Source: Octopus sinensis (Eukaryota). Taken from it: 64,000 bases of DNA. The stretch is from assembly GCF_006345805.1 (NCBI RefSeq), contig NC_042997.1, positions 27,466,001-27,530,000 of the forward strand, in the 5' to 3' direction. The notes below the pieces were generated by a model that was not told the origin of the DNA, did no database searches, and saw nothing but the letters and a program-made list of their open reading frames with translations. Positions within the stretch are counted from its first letter, which is position 1. Each line of letters opens with the position of its first letter. Positions 12,168 through 25,343 of this stretch are shown piece by piece. A program made the translations under genes and the position numbers.

Positions 12168-12695
12168 GTTCTCTCCAGCATTGTCATATTTCTATTCAAC
12201 ATCGCCTTTCTTGTATCATCGGCATCAATTCCAGACCAGTGTAAAATACCAGCCAATCTGAAGGTTCAGTACCAGACATTGTCCCGTGCAGCTATTGGCA
12301 ATAACTTTCTTCTACCAGTTGAAAGAGCTCCGGCCGGAAGTAAGCAGAACTCCCAGACAGACGGGGATAAAACTTGCCCAACGTCTCCTTCATCCAGCGA
12401 TATCATCCGTGAACGTTCAACCTGCCCTTGGTACCTGAACATTACCCATGATTCAACAGTTTTCCCTCCATCCCGCACCGAAGCCGTGTGTCGCTGTAAC
12501 GGCTGCTTCGATTCAGACAACAACCACGAATGTGTGATGGTATATACTCCAATGACTGTCCTTAAACGTACCGATGAATGTGTTGATGGACTGTACGTGT
12601 ATAAACCAAAAGTGATTGAAGTAGCCACAGCTTGTGCATGTGCACGAAAAGCCGACTCACGAAAAGGTGGAAGCAACGATGAATACGAGTCGTAA
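12168..12695 (+). CDS. IL17: IL-17-like cytokine copy A, main coding exon (first exon uncertain)
   Basis: Acceptor tttttctctgacag at 12167, then open frame VLSSIVIFLFNIAFLVSSASIP (signal-like) ... ERSTCPWYLNITHD...EAVCRCNGC...ECVMV...DECVDG...VATACAC; IL-17 cystine-knot pattern; 175 codons + TAA. Confidence 0.92.
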   Translation, partial: VLSSIVIFLFNIAFLVSSASIPDQCKIPANLKVQYQTLSRAAIGNNFLLPVERAPAGSKQNSQTDGDKTCPTSPSSSDIIRERSTCPWYLNITHDSTVFPPSRTEAVCRCNGCFDSDNNHECVMVYTPMTVLKRTDECVDGLYVYKPKVIEVATACACARKADSRKGGSNDEYES

Positions 12696-14156
12696 GAACG
12701 GATAGAATAACGATGTATAAATATGTAATCCAGACGTTATTCAATATTTTATGAAAGATTAAGTCGACCACCAAGTGGTTATCATAATTTGCAACATATG
12801 TTGCATAAAACACACATACAATTTTGCATCTTATATAATTGCATATTTTATAAATGAAGTAATAACATCATCATAATAATATATTAGTAAAATTTATTAG
12901 CTAAATGTTTTAAAATCTTTTGTCCCCTTAAATTGAATAATTTAATATTCAACTGTGCAACAGTATATTTATAAAAAAATAAAAAATACCCGAGTATCCG
13001 GTCATCGTGATTTATATCGTGAGTGTATATATTCATATAGCACATAGGGGCCCTATTGTAACAGATATATACACACGCATACATGCATGCGTATATTTAC
13101 ACATACATACCTATGCTTGCACTCATATATATCCATATGTTCGTAAATGCGTATGTAAACACACACACACACACGCACATATATATACTTAGAAACGTAT
13201 AATTACACTCATGCATACACATATACATAAATGCTTACATGCGTACGTGCATACATTACCTCTTCCGAGAAGGGCTTATTATTATTTTAACAATTTTATA
13301 AAATTCTTATTTATACAACGTATTAAAGGTTTATTATAATGCGTTCATATAATTTTTCGAAGTGTATAACTTCCCATATGCATAAGAAAGTTCGATATCT
13401 TTTCTTCTTCTTATGTAATGTTTTGTAATACAGTAAATAAAGAAGAGATATATAAATGTGTACTGAATTGTAATGGGATGCATAAGATTGAATAAAGTTT
13501 ATATTATAAATGCAGAATTGTTCTTTGTTTATTTCGTATTTTATATTTTTGATTTATATGCACGCGCACGTTAACTCACTCTAGGGATGAATGAAGAATG
13601 TCCAGGAGATATTGTTCATAAAATGCAAATATACAATCGAAACTGCTTGTGTTTTTCTCCTCTATACCCTACAACGGAAGGTGAAGGTTAACTGAGATTG
13701 CAATTGCATTTGGCGAAATACTGAGATACGGTCATTCGTTAAAACTATGCAATCTATTCAAAATGAATAATATAGTGCGCCAGCGTGATTACAGCCCTAG
13801 GGTTAAAACGCACATGACAATAATAAAAACAACAGCAGCAGCAACAAGAAAAACAACAATATAACAATAGCAATCTTAATAATGATGATGATGATGATGA
13901 CGATGATGATGATGATGATAATAGTGTGTGGAATGCTGGAGGGTAATGTAAAATTCATACCAGTGGTGATCGGAGCGTTGGGATAAATCCCATTGAAGCT
14001 ACAAAACTTCTTAAGACAACTGATGTCTTGCCAAAAGCAGCCTTATTGGGCACAGCGCATGAATTAAGGCAAATATTATCTGTCCGAGGTCCTTGTTGTG
14101 ACTTCACAGATAAGTAAAAACTCTGGTGCATTCTTACCTACAGTGTGTTACAAAGA

Positions 14157-14157
<1 letters not shown>

Positions 14158-14250
<93 letters not shown>
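14158..14250 (+). repeat. (TAA)n microsatellite at 5' junction of a Dong/R4 element
   Basis: Direct reading. Confidence 0.95.
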
Positions 14251-14251
<1 letters not shown>

Positions 14252-17200
14252 GATAATAAAGAAGTTCTTGAGGCCTTCTACCATGCCATATATTTCCCCA
14301 CAGATAAGTCTAGCACTGTACAAGCATACTTAAACTGGAGACAGAAACACCCTGAAGTAAGACCCTACATAGACAGTAACAAGCTTGCCAATGTTAGAAG
14401 AAACATTATAAAAAAGAAATTACTGACTGAAGTAGAGATTGATCAGGTTAGACAAGCAATATCGGATAAAATGAACGAAGCTGCAGCTAGAGAAGATAAT
14501 ACAGAGGAAATGATTATAGACCAGCCCAGGGCGGATAAAAACGAAGAGAGGATTGAAAGAGTTAGTATAAGTGATAGGCAAAGTGAAATACGCCATGAAC
14601 CAATCATAAATACTAAAACAGATGAGCATCAAATAGATAAAGAAAGTCACACAAATATTGACCCAACAGAACTACATGAGCTAAAAAATCAAATCATGAT
14701 TGAATGGCTGAAAATTAAAGAAACCAGCATGGATGAGCGTGATACACTTCCTAAAATCCGCAACGCTAACCAAAACATGAAAATAATTGGTAAAATCCGG
14801 CTTGCACTTAAGGATATAATTTCAGTTAATGATGTTGATATCACAAACCTCAACCACCTATACTATGCATCCGCGAAAATCTCAACGATCCTATGTGGTG
14901 TAAAGATTAGAAAACGGCAACAGTCCCACAAAAAGCCTTCTTGGCAAGAGCGTCTGCAACAACAAATTAAAATATTTAGATCTGACATTGAATATTTGAA
15001 AAACCTTAAGGCTCACAAGACTACCAAACCTACAAAAAACCCAAAAATTACTGAAAAAATACAATATGAAAACTATACTTGATATTGATGCCACCATAGA
15101 AACCATCAAACAAAAGGTATCTGCCAAAGCTGCCCGCATAGCGAGGTATGAAAAGCGTGTTAGATTTTTCAAGGACAACAACATGTTCAAAAATAACACC
15201 AAGAATTTTTACAGGAAGATAGGAAAAACAGCGTTACTGCAGGGTCTGTACCATCAAAGAAGAAGTGCAGAGATTCTGGAATAAAATCTGGGCAGAAGAA
15301 AAAAACACACAACGAAAGGTCCCTGGATTGACAGAATATCTACAGAACTGGACCCCTTAGAAGAGCAAAAGTGGGAGGGTGTCAAGGTAGAAGATATAAG
15401 ATCTGCTCTCAGGAGGTCAAGCAAATGGAAGTCTCCAGGAAAGGATAAAATTCCTAACTTCTGGCTGAATGCCTTCCCAGAGAGCCATGAACTGCTAACA
15501 GAACTGTACAATGATGTTTTGCAACACCCTAGTAGGATGCCTCCTTGGCTAGTTAATGGGTTAACATTCCTGTTTCCAAAACGTGAAGAAACAAATGAAC
15601 CAAAAAACTATAGACCCATAACCTGCTTAACAACTATGTACAAAACACTAACATCTGTCCTGACGGAATATACCTATAGTTTTTTAACAGACAGCAGCAT
15701 ATTCCCTAATGAACAGAAAGGATGTAAACGTGGATCCTACGGCTGTAAAGACCAACTACTCATCAATAAGATGATCTTAGAAGATTGTCACAAACGACAC
15801 AAAAACTTATCAATAGCCTGGATAGACTATAAAAAGGCTTTTGATAGCCTACCACATAGCTGGATTAGGAAATGCCTTGAAATGTATAAGATAGCACCAA
15901 CTCTGCGAAACTTCTTGACTGTAAGTATGAGATCATGGAGAACCACACTAACTCTGAACAGTGACAGTGAATCCCTAAATGCTGGTGATGTAAAAATTTC
16001 GTGTGGCATTTTCCAGGGTGACTCACTGTCACCACTCCTCTTTTGTTTATCCTTAATACCTCTCTCAAAGCTGCTCAATGACGCGCAGTACGGGTATAAA
16101 ATGTTTGGTAACCATATAAATCATCTCGTTTACATGGATGATTTAAAGCTTTTTGCAAAAAATGATCAACAACTCAAGGGCTTACTAGCGATAGTCAAAC
16201 AATTCAGTGACGACATCAGAATGCAATTCGGCCTCGATAAATGTGCAAAGGCTACCTTTATCAAAGGAAAAATGACAGAAACATCTAACGTTAACCTTGA
16301 CCAACAGAATGTCATAAAAGAACTAGACCCAGCGGAGAGCTACAAGTACCTAGGGGGGTAATTGAGGGAACGGAATAAGGCATTCAGAGATGAAGGAAAG
16401 GATCAGGAGAGAATGCTATCGAAGAGTGAGAGCAATACTCAAGACAGAGCTGAATGCAAGAAACAGGATCGAAGCAATCAATGCATTAGCTATACCAGTC
16501 GTGACTTACAGTTTCAATATTGTTAACTGGTCAATTACTGAAATATGTCAGCTCGACAGAAAAATAAGGAAACTGTTGACAATGCATAGAATGCACCACC
16601 CTAAGGCAGATACAGAACGACTCTATCTGCCAAGAAAAGAGGGAGGCCGTGGTCTTTTGCAACTGGCAAAACAATGAAGATTGCTACAATTGGCCTAGAC
16701 ACCTACCTGAAAAACTCTGAGGACTGGATGTTAAAACTTGTCTCAAAACATGAAAACAAGAAAGCATCATACTCAGTCACAAAACAGGCAAAGGAATATC
16801 TAAGTGAATTCCGAATACAACCAATTTCGGAATTAGAGATAGATATACAAGAAACAAGCACAGAAAAAGCTAGGCGCATGAAAACCCGTGCCAAAACTGC
16901 GGCCTTAGATATTCTGAATAATAAATGGCAAGAAAAACCTCTCTATGGCAAATACCCAAAGAGAGCGAATAATGCAGATATCGACAAAGCCCTGACCCAT
17001 CAATGGCTAATGGCCTCTGGCTTAAAATCTGAAACAGAGGGGTTTATCATAGCAGCTCAAGATCAATGCCTACCAACAAGAAACTACCAGGCCAACATAT
17101 TAAAGATCAGAAGCAGTCCAACGTGTCGTGTATGCAAGCAACAAAATGAAACCATTGACCATGTGGTCTCCAAGTGCAGTCTTCTAGCGCCTACAGAGTA

Positions 17201-17915
17201 TCTCAACAGGCACGATAGAGCTGCACAATATATTCACTGGGTAATCTGTAAAAACCTGGATTTGCCCCATGAAAAAAACTGGTGGGAACACAAACCACCA
17301 CCCCAGTGCTTGAAAATGACCACATCTCACTCCTCTGGAACTTCACCATTCAAACTGACAGGAAGATAGATGCAAATAGGCCAGACATCATATTGAAAGA
17401 CTTCAAACAAAGAACATGCCTCCTCATTGATATGACTGTCCCAATCGATATAAACGTATCTGTCAAGACCTACCAAAAACTGAGCAAATATAAAGATCAT
17501 GAAATAGAAATCAGCAAAATGTGGAAGCTGAAGACTAAAACAATACCTGTTGTCATAGGTGCCCTGGGAATGATAGCAAAAGGGGCTGTTCAGCTACCTA
17601 ACTCAGATACCAGGAAACCCAAAATTGGCAGAAGTTCAAAAGATAGTGCTCATGGGAACTGCTCATATCCTACGGAAAATACTCTCTATGTAATCTCAAA
17701 GTTTAAAACAAACATAATTTTCGGTTTAAAAAAACAAAAAACAAAAAAAAACACTTTTTTTTAGACATTCATTAGTACAACATCCCCACCCCCCAAATAT
17801 ATGGCACACTAGGCATAACAACAACATGAACTTCCAACCCTGTTGTCTCTTGAGGTCTCTGGGTGAGACTTGGAGCCAACTTGTACAAATATAAAGCAAA
17901 AGTCAAAAGAATAAA
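14250..17915 (+). mobile_element. R4/Dong-type RLE non-LTR retrotransposon, family A, nearly full length, frameshifted
   Basis: Consecutive ORF pieces: RT (NYRPITCL, EQKGC, WIDYKKAFDS, GIFQGDSLSP, YMDDLK), CCHC knuckle (CRVC..ETIDHVVSKC), RHD motif, RLE (RPDII..K..LIDMTVP..KLSKY); flanked by (TAA)n on both sides. Confidence 0.9.
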
Positions 17916-17939
17916 ATAATAATAATAATAATAATAATA

Positions 17940-18014
<75 letters not shown>

Positions 18015-18016
<2 letters not shown>

Positions 18017-20255
18017 GCTCACGAAGGGGAAAACCATCTTAATTCCCAAATCAAATGAAACAACAAAACCAGAAAACTACAGACCAATAACCTGCCTCCC
18101 TACTATGTTCAAGGCATTTACTGCAGTGATATCGCAAAGGCTGAACAAGCACCTGGACGAAAACAAACTGTTCCCAGAAGAGCAGAAAGGATGCCGCAAG
18201 GGCTCATATGGCTGTAAAGATCAACTAATGATTAATAAAGCCGTAACTGAAGACAGCCACAGAAAGAAGAAAGGCCTCAGTATGGCCTGGATTGACTACA
18301 AAAAGGCGTTTGATAGCATCCCCCACACATGGATCCTCGAAACACCAGCCATTAACAAAGTAGCACCAACAATCATAAAATTCTATGAATAAATGGCAAA
18401 CAGTGCTACACCTCCAAACAAAAGAGGGACTCATGAAAACCAAAGACATCCCCATTAGAAGAGGAATATTCCAGGGAGACACGCTCTCTCCACTCCTTTT
18501 CTGCTTGGCACTGTCACCTCTATCTGATATGCTAAATAGAACTGGATGCGAATATAAATGTTACGGCAAAACGATCAGCCACCTTTTATATATGGATGGC
18601 CTAAAACTATACGCTGCAAATGACAAACAGCTGGAAACACTATTAAAGACAGTTCATGGATTTACCAAAGAAATAGATATGAAATTTGGATTAGAAAAAT
18701 GCGCCAAAGTAACCATGAAAAAAGAGGAAAACTAGTTAAGAGTAACAACATCATACTAGATAAAACCAATGAAATAAAAGAATTAGACCAAAGCCAAACT
18801 TACAAATACTTAGGAATCCATGAACTAGATAAGACACAACACACACACAAATGAAAGAGAAAATAAAAAAAGAATATTATAGACGAGTTAGATCAATACT
18901 AAAAACAGAGCTCAATGCTAAAAACAAGATAATAGGTATTAACACTTTAGCTGTCCCAGTTATAAGTTACAGCTACAATATCCTTAACTGGACACGAAAT
19001 GAACTGTCCAAAATAGATAGGAAAATAAGAAAAATACTGACAGGATCTAGGATGCATCACCCAAAATCTGACATAGAAAGACTATATATACAACGTATAG
19101 AAGGTGGTAGAGGCCTTATACAGCTGGAAAACTACTATAAAATAACCACCATAGGACTGCAAAAATACCTACTTCAGAAGGAAGGAAAACTGATCCAGAT
19201 AGCAGCAAAACACGAGCAAAACAAAAAAACTGTTCTCAGTATTTAAGGAAGCTGACAAATACAAACAAGAAATCATACCACCTAATAAACACAAAGAAGA
19301 AGAAGAAGATGATGAAGAAACAACAAAAGCTATAAAACAAATGAAATCCAAACTAAAATAGAACAGCAACGAGCCATGATAAAACGATGGCAAGAAAAGC
19401 CCCTTCATGGTAAATACTGCACTAAACTAAACGCAAAAGAAATAGACAAAGGAAAAATCCCAGCAATGGTTGAGAAGCTCAGGACTCAAAGCAGAAACAG
19501 AGGGATTTTTAATTGCAGCACAAGACCAAAGCCTCCCCACAGAAATTACCAAAACATGTAATGAAAAGAAATATTACAAGTAACTGCAGAAATGTGGAGA
19601 TGGACAAGAACAAACAATAAATCATATTATCTCTAGCTGCCCAGTCCTGGCTAAGAAGGAATATATTCACAGACATGACAGAGTTGGAACCTACATACAT
19701 TGGAAGCTATGCCAACATTATGGAATAACAACAGAAAAAAGATGGTATAGGCACACACCAGAAAAGGTCACAGAAAACGAGAAAGCAACCATACTCTGGG
19801 ATATGCCGATACACACAGATAGAGAAATTAAGGCCAACAGACCAGATATAGTTGTCAGAGATCATGAAGAAAAAAAATGCTTTCTAATTGATGTATCAAT
19901 ACCGGCAGATGACAACGTGTCTCTAAAGAAATGGAGAAACTCTCAAAATACAAAGACCTGGAAATAGAGATAACTAGAATGTGGAACCTGAAAACAGAAA
20001 CAATTCCTATCATAGTAGGTGCATTAGGCATGATAAAAAAATATTCAGACAAATACATAACTAAAACACCAGGACTTACAAACACATATAACATACAGAA
20101 AATTGCACTACTAGGCACTGCACACATCCTACGCAGAACACTTTCCATACAATAACCATCAGAGCATCACAGCAAATCACAGCACATACCCAAGGCACAC
20201 AGAGCTGCGCTCGGTAGTGAAGTGAAAGCACGCTATAAAAATAAAACTACTGAAT
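18015..20255 (+). mobile_element. R4/Dong-type element, family B, 5'-truncated
   Basis: RT motifs (GIFQGDTLSP, LYMDGLK), RHD and RLE pieces; 3' UTR ends in (TAA)n; roughly 96% similar to 25340-28140. Confidence 0.9.
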
Positions 20256-20308
20256 AATAATATAATAATAATAAAATAATAATAATAATAAACTGATAAT
20301 AATAATAA

Positions 20309-20345
<37 letters not shown>

Positions 20346-20389
20346 TAATAATAATATAATATAATAATAAAATAATAATAATATGTTGT

Positions 20390-20502
20390 GATGCATGTGC
20401 CTGGTGTACTCTTATCAGACGGGTAGTCATGATAGGTATATTGGGCTTCGTATATTTTACCCCAGTGTCACTTTGATGGCATGAACTGCTCTCTCACTCA
20501 AT
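20390..20502 (-). mobile_element. Fragment of the ~555-bp (ATT/TAA)n-embedded element
   Basis: Reverse complement of the first ~110 bp of 29062-29615. Confidence 0.7.
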
Positions 20503-20559
20503 AATAATAATAATAATAACAACAACAACAACAACAACGATAATAATAATAATAATAAT

Positions 20560-20990
20560 GCCTCCTCGTTGACATAACTCTTCCAACTGACATAAACGTA
20601 CCAAAAACTGAGCAACTATAAATATCTTGAAATAGAAATTGGCAATATGTGGAACCTCAAGACGAAAAGAATACTTGCTGCCATAGGGTGCCCTAGGAAT
20701 GATAGCAAAGGGGTTAATTGCTACCTAGCTAAGATATTAGGAAATCCCAAAATGGCAGAAATACAAAGGATAGTGCTCGTGGGAACTGCCGATATCTGCA
20801 TAATATATTGTGTATGTAATTTCAAATTTTAAAACAAACTCATAATCTCCTTATGTTTCTCTAACATTCTCTAGAACAATACTATGTGCGAAACCAAATA
20901 TATGATACCCTTGGCATAACACCAACAGGAATTTCTATGTTGTTGTCTCTGGAGGTCTCTGGGTGAGACTTGGAGCCAACTTGTACAAAT
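20560..20990 (+). mobile_element. Dong family A 3' fragment
   Basis: KLSNYKYLEIEIGNMWNLKTK and 3' UTR motif GGTCTCTGGGTGAGACTTGGAGCCAACTTGTACAAAT shared with 17860-17900. Confidence 0.8.
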
Positions 20991-21089
20991 GCAAAGCAGA
21001 AGTAGACTGACAGCAGAGCTTGAACCAATCTAACGCCACCACTCTAAAACATCGAAGCAGGTTGAGCCACAGTGAGAGAAGCTGATAAA

Positions 21090-21372
21090 CTGTAATTTTA
21101 CAACCTGGAACTAAGGTACGCCACTTATGTAATAATCTGCATATGGAAATCCCTATTAGGGCTAGTGTATAGTTTGAGTGTTATACAAATGTCAGAACTG
21201 GACGTCATTTAAGCATTTTATCTGATCAAATTCGTCCTATGGTTGTGGAACTGTTTCCGGAGGGAAACGCAATCTTTCAGTGTGATGATGCACCAATTTA
21301 CACAGTTAAACTTGTTACTGAATGGCACCAGGAACATTCTAGTGAAGTTGAACATCTTATCTGGCTACCTCA
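21090..21372 (+). mobile_element. Tc1-like (DD34E) transposase fragment
   Basis: [43 protein letters not shown]; mirrored at 23950-24205. Confidence 0.75.
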
Positions 21373-21403
21373 GTCTTTGGAAATAATTCAAAGTTTTTAT
21401 ATA

Positions 21404-21498
<95 letters not shown>

Positions 21499-21663
21499 GC
21501 ATACATGCATACATGCTTACAATCCAACCTATCTACCTACCTACCTACCTACACACACACATACATACATACATACACTTCAGACTAGATATAATGATTT
21601 GGGATATAAAAGGAAAAATGTGTATAGTTGTAGAAAAATGTGTATAGTTGTAGAAATCAGCTG

Positions 21664-22015
21664 CCCTGTGTAGATTTCATCCTCTCGAGGAACAATCAAA
21701 ATGTTCTTTTGTGCCCGCCAACTCCAGAGTTGTCATTAACAACAACAACTTGCAATGTTCATCTTCTGGCATCTAAAGAAAGCCTTTGACAAAGTCCTCC
21801 GTCCAGCAATGTGGATCGTCCTTGCTGGCTTTGGATGTCCGGAGGACTTTATTGCCCATCACAACGACATGGTGCGTAGGGTATGTCATCAAAATCCCCT
21901 TACAGACCCGTTTCCCATCACTGGAGGCCTTAAGCAAAGATGCGAACTGGCACCAATCTGTTTTTCTTTGTTCAACGAAATCCTACTAGACTTGTTTCAA
22001 TCAACATGCGCTATC
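21664..22015 (+). mobile_element. RTE-type RT fragment, left side of P2 centre
   Basis: FIFWHLKKAFDKV...FGCPEDFI...GGLKQRCELAPICFSLF (RT motifs); reverse complement of 22021-22380. Confidence 0.8.
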
Positions 22016-22020
22016 CAAGT

Positions 22021-23080
22021 GATAGTGCATGTTGACTGGAGCAAGTCAAGTAGGATTTCGTTGAGCAAAGAAAAACAGGTTGGTGCCAGGTCGCATCTTT
22101 TCTTAAGGCTCCCACTCATGGAAAACGGATCTGTAAGGGGATTTTGATGACACACCCTACGCACCATGATGTCGTGAAGGGCAATAAAGTCCTCCGGACA
22201 TCCAAAGCCAGCAAGGACGAAACAAATTGCAGGACGGGCGACTTTTTCAAAGGCTTTCTTTAGATCTCAGAAGATGAACATTGCAGGCTGTTTTTGTTAT
22301 TGACATTTCTACTGGAGTTGGCGGGCACAAAAGATCATTTTGATTGTATTGTTTCTCGAGAGGATGAAATCTACACAGGGACTCAGGGAGGACGTATTCC
22401 ACGAGGAAGTGGTGGCGACTGAGTAAGATGCGGGCGAATATGTTACTTGCAATACTCAAGACTGAGATGCTCCGATAGTTTTTGGAATCCTCTCGATCTC
22501 CGATCTTGTAGATGACGATGATAGTTGCATCGCGAAAGTCGTTCGGGAGGATCTTGCTTATCCAGATCTTGAGGATAAGTAACATCAGGTGATTTTTCAG
22601 CTCAGGACATTCGTGCGTGGAAAACTCAATCGGGATGTTATCTGGTCCTGGATCTTTGCCCAGCTTCATGCGCTCGAATGCCTACTTAAACACATGGGTC
22701 GGGGTCGACAGGGACAGCTAATGACGGATGAGGAGCTTTTGGGTGTTGTGGAGGAGATCGTCAGGTGTGCGTGGGTGGCTGTTAAGTAGGCTCTCGAAAT
22801 GGCATCCAAGAATTGATTTTTGCTGGTATGTTGCTTGCATCACATTCAAGTTTTTGTTTAGATTGACCAGACCAAACTACTTTGGGTCGCACGAGACAGT
22901 TTTATTCTAAGAGAACCTGCACAGTAGTTCTTCACCAACTCTGAAGTTGTTGCTACTCTCGCTTTTGATTCTGCATGGAATGTACTCATTTCTTTCTTTA
23001 ATTTGCAGCAGGTGTTGCCTGAGTGGTACAATGCGACATTAAAAAGCTGTCTGAACTGATTTGATGCCTCTATCACTATC
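22021..23080 (-). mobile_element. RTE-type RT fragment, right side of P2 centre
   Basis: GKDPGPDNIPIEF...FRDATIIVIYKIGDREDSKNYRSISVLSIASNIFARILLSR. Confidence 0.8.
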
Positions 23081-23149
23081 ACTTCGTCTCACAAGAATCC
23101 TATCTGATAATATGGATTTTGCCATTGGTTGTTATCACTTTCCATGTGT

Positions 23150-23700
23150 CGCTATGTATGTATGTATGCATGTATGTATTTATACATATGTATGTACGTC
23201 ATTGTTCAGTTTCATTTCACGATTTCTTGCCAATAGAAAAAGAGCCGGCTTCTACCTTGGTTCAAAGCCCCTTCATTGGAATTTCAAGGTCAACAACAGG
23301 GCATGTATGTATGTATATATGTACAGAGTTGGATGTTTTAGTTTACGTATGAATTCTCATGTATATCTATACATGCTCCTATATATTTAAATGATAAACT
23401 TCAGGAAGGTTTTACAGATTTTTACAGTTCTAATCATGGATTGCATCTGTGGTCATCGAAGTAGCTTTCTGCTTTCTGGTTTTGAGAAGCCTTATTTCTG
23501 AAGATTGGTATTTAGGCAGTGTGTTAGATTTCCAAGGGCCCTCACAATTACAAGTATAAACCTGAACTTGTAATCTGGATACAGAAACTATAGATTTCAC
23601 ATTAATTGAGCGTAGGTATTCTCTTTTTCACTGATCTTTAGCTTTAAGTTAACATCCGCTGGGCAGCTGATTTCTACAACTATACACAGTTGTATAATAA
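23150..23700 (-). mobile_element. RLE-type non-LTR retrotransposon 3' fragment
   Basis: Degenerate YPDYKFRFILVIVRALG...TVKICKTFLKF C-terminus; related copy at 33330-33920 and short piece at 21580-21666. Confidence 0.6.
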
Positions 23701-24205
23701 TGGAAACAGCATAGAATATCAAACAAATTTATTGTAATAAGGAGTAGGACGGCCTTTGGCAGTAATTACACCTTCAATTCTACGAGGTATAGATTCATAC
23801 ATAGTTTGAATTGTTTCCAAGGGAATTTTTGTCCATACTTCAGCTAAAGCTGTCTCCAGTTCTTGGAGTGATGAAGGTGGAGGATATCGACTCTTTACAT
23901 CTCTTTCTAAAATCCACCATAAACTCTTAATAATATTGAGATCTGGGAACTGTGGTCACCAGACAAGATGTTCAGCTTCACTAGGATGTTCCTGGTGCCT
24001 TTCAGTAACAAGTTTAGCTGTGTAAATTGGTGAATCATCATCCTGAAAGATTGCCTTTCTCTCCGGAAACAGTTCCACAAACTTAGGATGAATTTGATCA
24101 GATAAAATGCTTAAATGATATCCAGTTCTAAAATTTGTATAACACTCAATGCCGAAATTACACACTAGCCATTATAGGGATTTTCATATGCAGATTATTA
24201 CATAG
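23700..24205 (-). mobile_element. Tc1-like (DD34E) transposase fragment
   Basis: FQDDDSPIYTAK...PDLNIIKSLWWILER...SIPRRIEGVITAKG.PTPY. Confidence 0.8.
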
Positions 24206-24399
24206 GTGGCGCGCATTAGCCCCAGGGTGTAAAGTTGCTGTTTTATCAGCTCTTCCCATGGTAGCTCAACCTTCGTCGAGTTTGCGAGTGGTGGCGATAG
24301 ACTGTTTCACGCTCTGTTGTCAGTCTACCACGATAAGGTAATGAAAGCTAAGAGCAGGAGTGCAAGTGGCTTAGAAAAAAGGTCATTCGTAGGGTCAAT

Positions 24400-25180
24400 A
24401 TAGCTTCTTAATTTTTTGAAGTAGCTTAGTATCCATCATGACTGTTGCCTGCATTTTGTTGCCATTTTGGTAATGGGCATATGAAATTATGCACCGTTGC
24501 ACATAATGATCCCCAAGTATTTAACTGCTAGTGAATCTGGGAATGCAGCGCCTTTGAATCCTGTATATACCGACTGCAGTGCATTACTAAGTTTACATTG
24601 TAGTGCCTGGGGGATGACGCATAGAATTTGACTTTCCTCAGAACGAGCAGCATCATTGTCTGCATCTGCGTCTATTGTGTCTTTAAGGACGTCATTCAGA
24701 CACTCTCCCAGTTTATCAACTATGCCAATGTCTCGCAGCTTACGACATTTCATGCAATCATCGACCTTATCGAATGCTTTGCAAAGTCAAGGTATATCAC
24801 ACTGACATCCGAATGCTCAAGCGACTGTTTGGAAACCCAGTCATAATGCTGTATGTGTTGTGTGAGGCAGCTTCCTCCTCAACGAAAACCATGCTGTGTA
24901 TTGTTAAGTAGGTTATTATCATTATTTTTTTAGGAACAATATCAGTTTCTTTCTGAAAATTCATTTCATATTTTTACTAACATGTGAAGTCAGAGAGATT
25001 AGCCTGTAGTTTTTGTCCTCTGCTCAGCGCCCACCTTTGTGGATAGGGCAAATAATAACTTCATTTAGCTATTCTTGAAGTTTACCCCATGCAAGAAAAC
25101 TCTGGAAAAGTATGTGAAATTGTTTTGATAAAGCTAGCTTACGTGACTTTAGGAGAATAGCTGGCAAGCCATCGAGACCA
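24400..25180 (-). mobile_element. Degenerate CR1/L2-like RT fragment
   Basis: VSVIYLDFAKAFDKVD..KLRDIGIVDKLGE at ~24700-24850. Confidence 0.55.
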
Positions 25181-25192
25181 TTATTGTTGTTG

Positions 25193-25258
<66 letters not shown>

Positions 25259-25263
25259 CATCA

Positions 25264-25339
<76 letters not shown>

Positions 25340-25343
<4 letters not shown>

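Larger units (their letters stand above)
7980..22015 (+). repeat. Left arm of giant palindrome P2
   Basis: Inverted homology to 22021-36560: centre RTE, Tc1 fragment, Dong B, 13830-14150 vs 28325-28610, 12700-13830 vs 29680-31570, IL-17 exon, intron, upstream 8000-11400 vs 32400-36560. Confidence 0.9.

Noticed and set aside
12266-12676. 136-aa antisense ORF over IL-17 A (and 31592-32002 over B)
   Set aside because: Shadow frame of the IL-17 exon; open in both copies only because they are 99% identical; no recognisable protein
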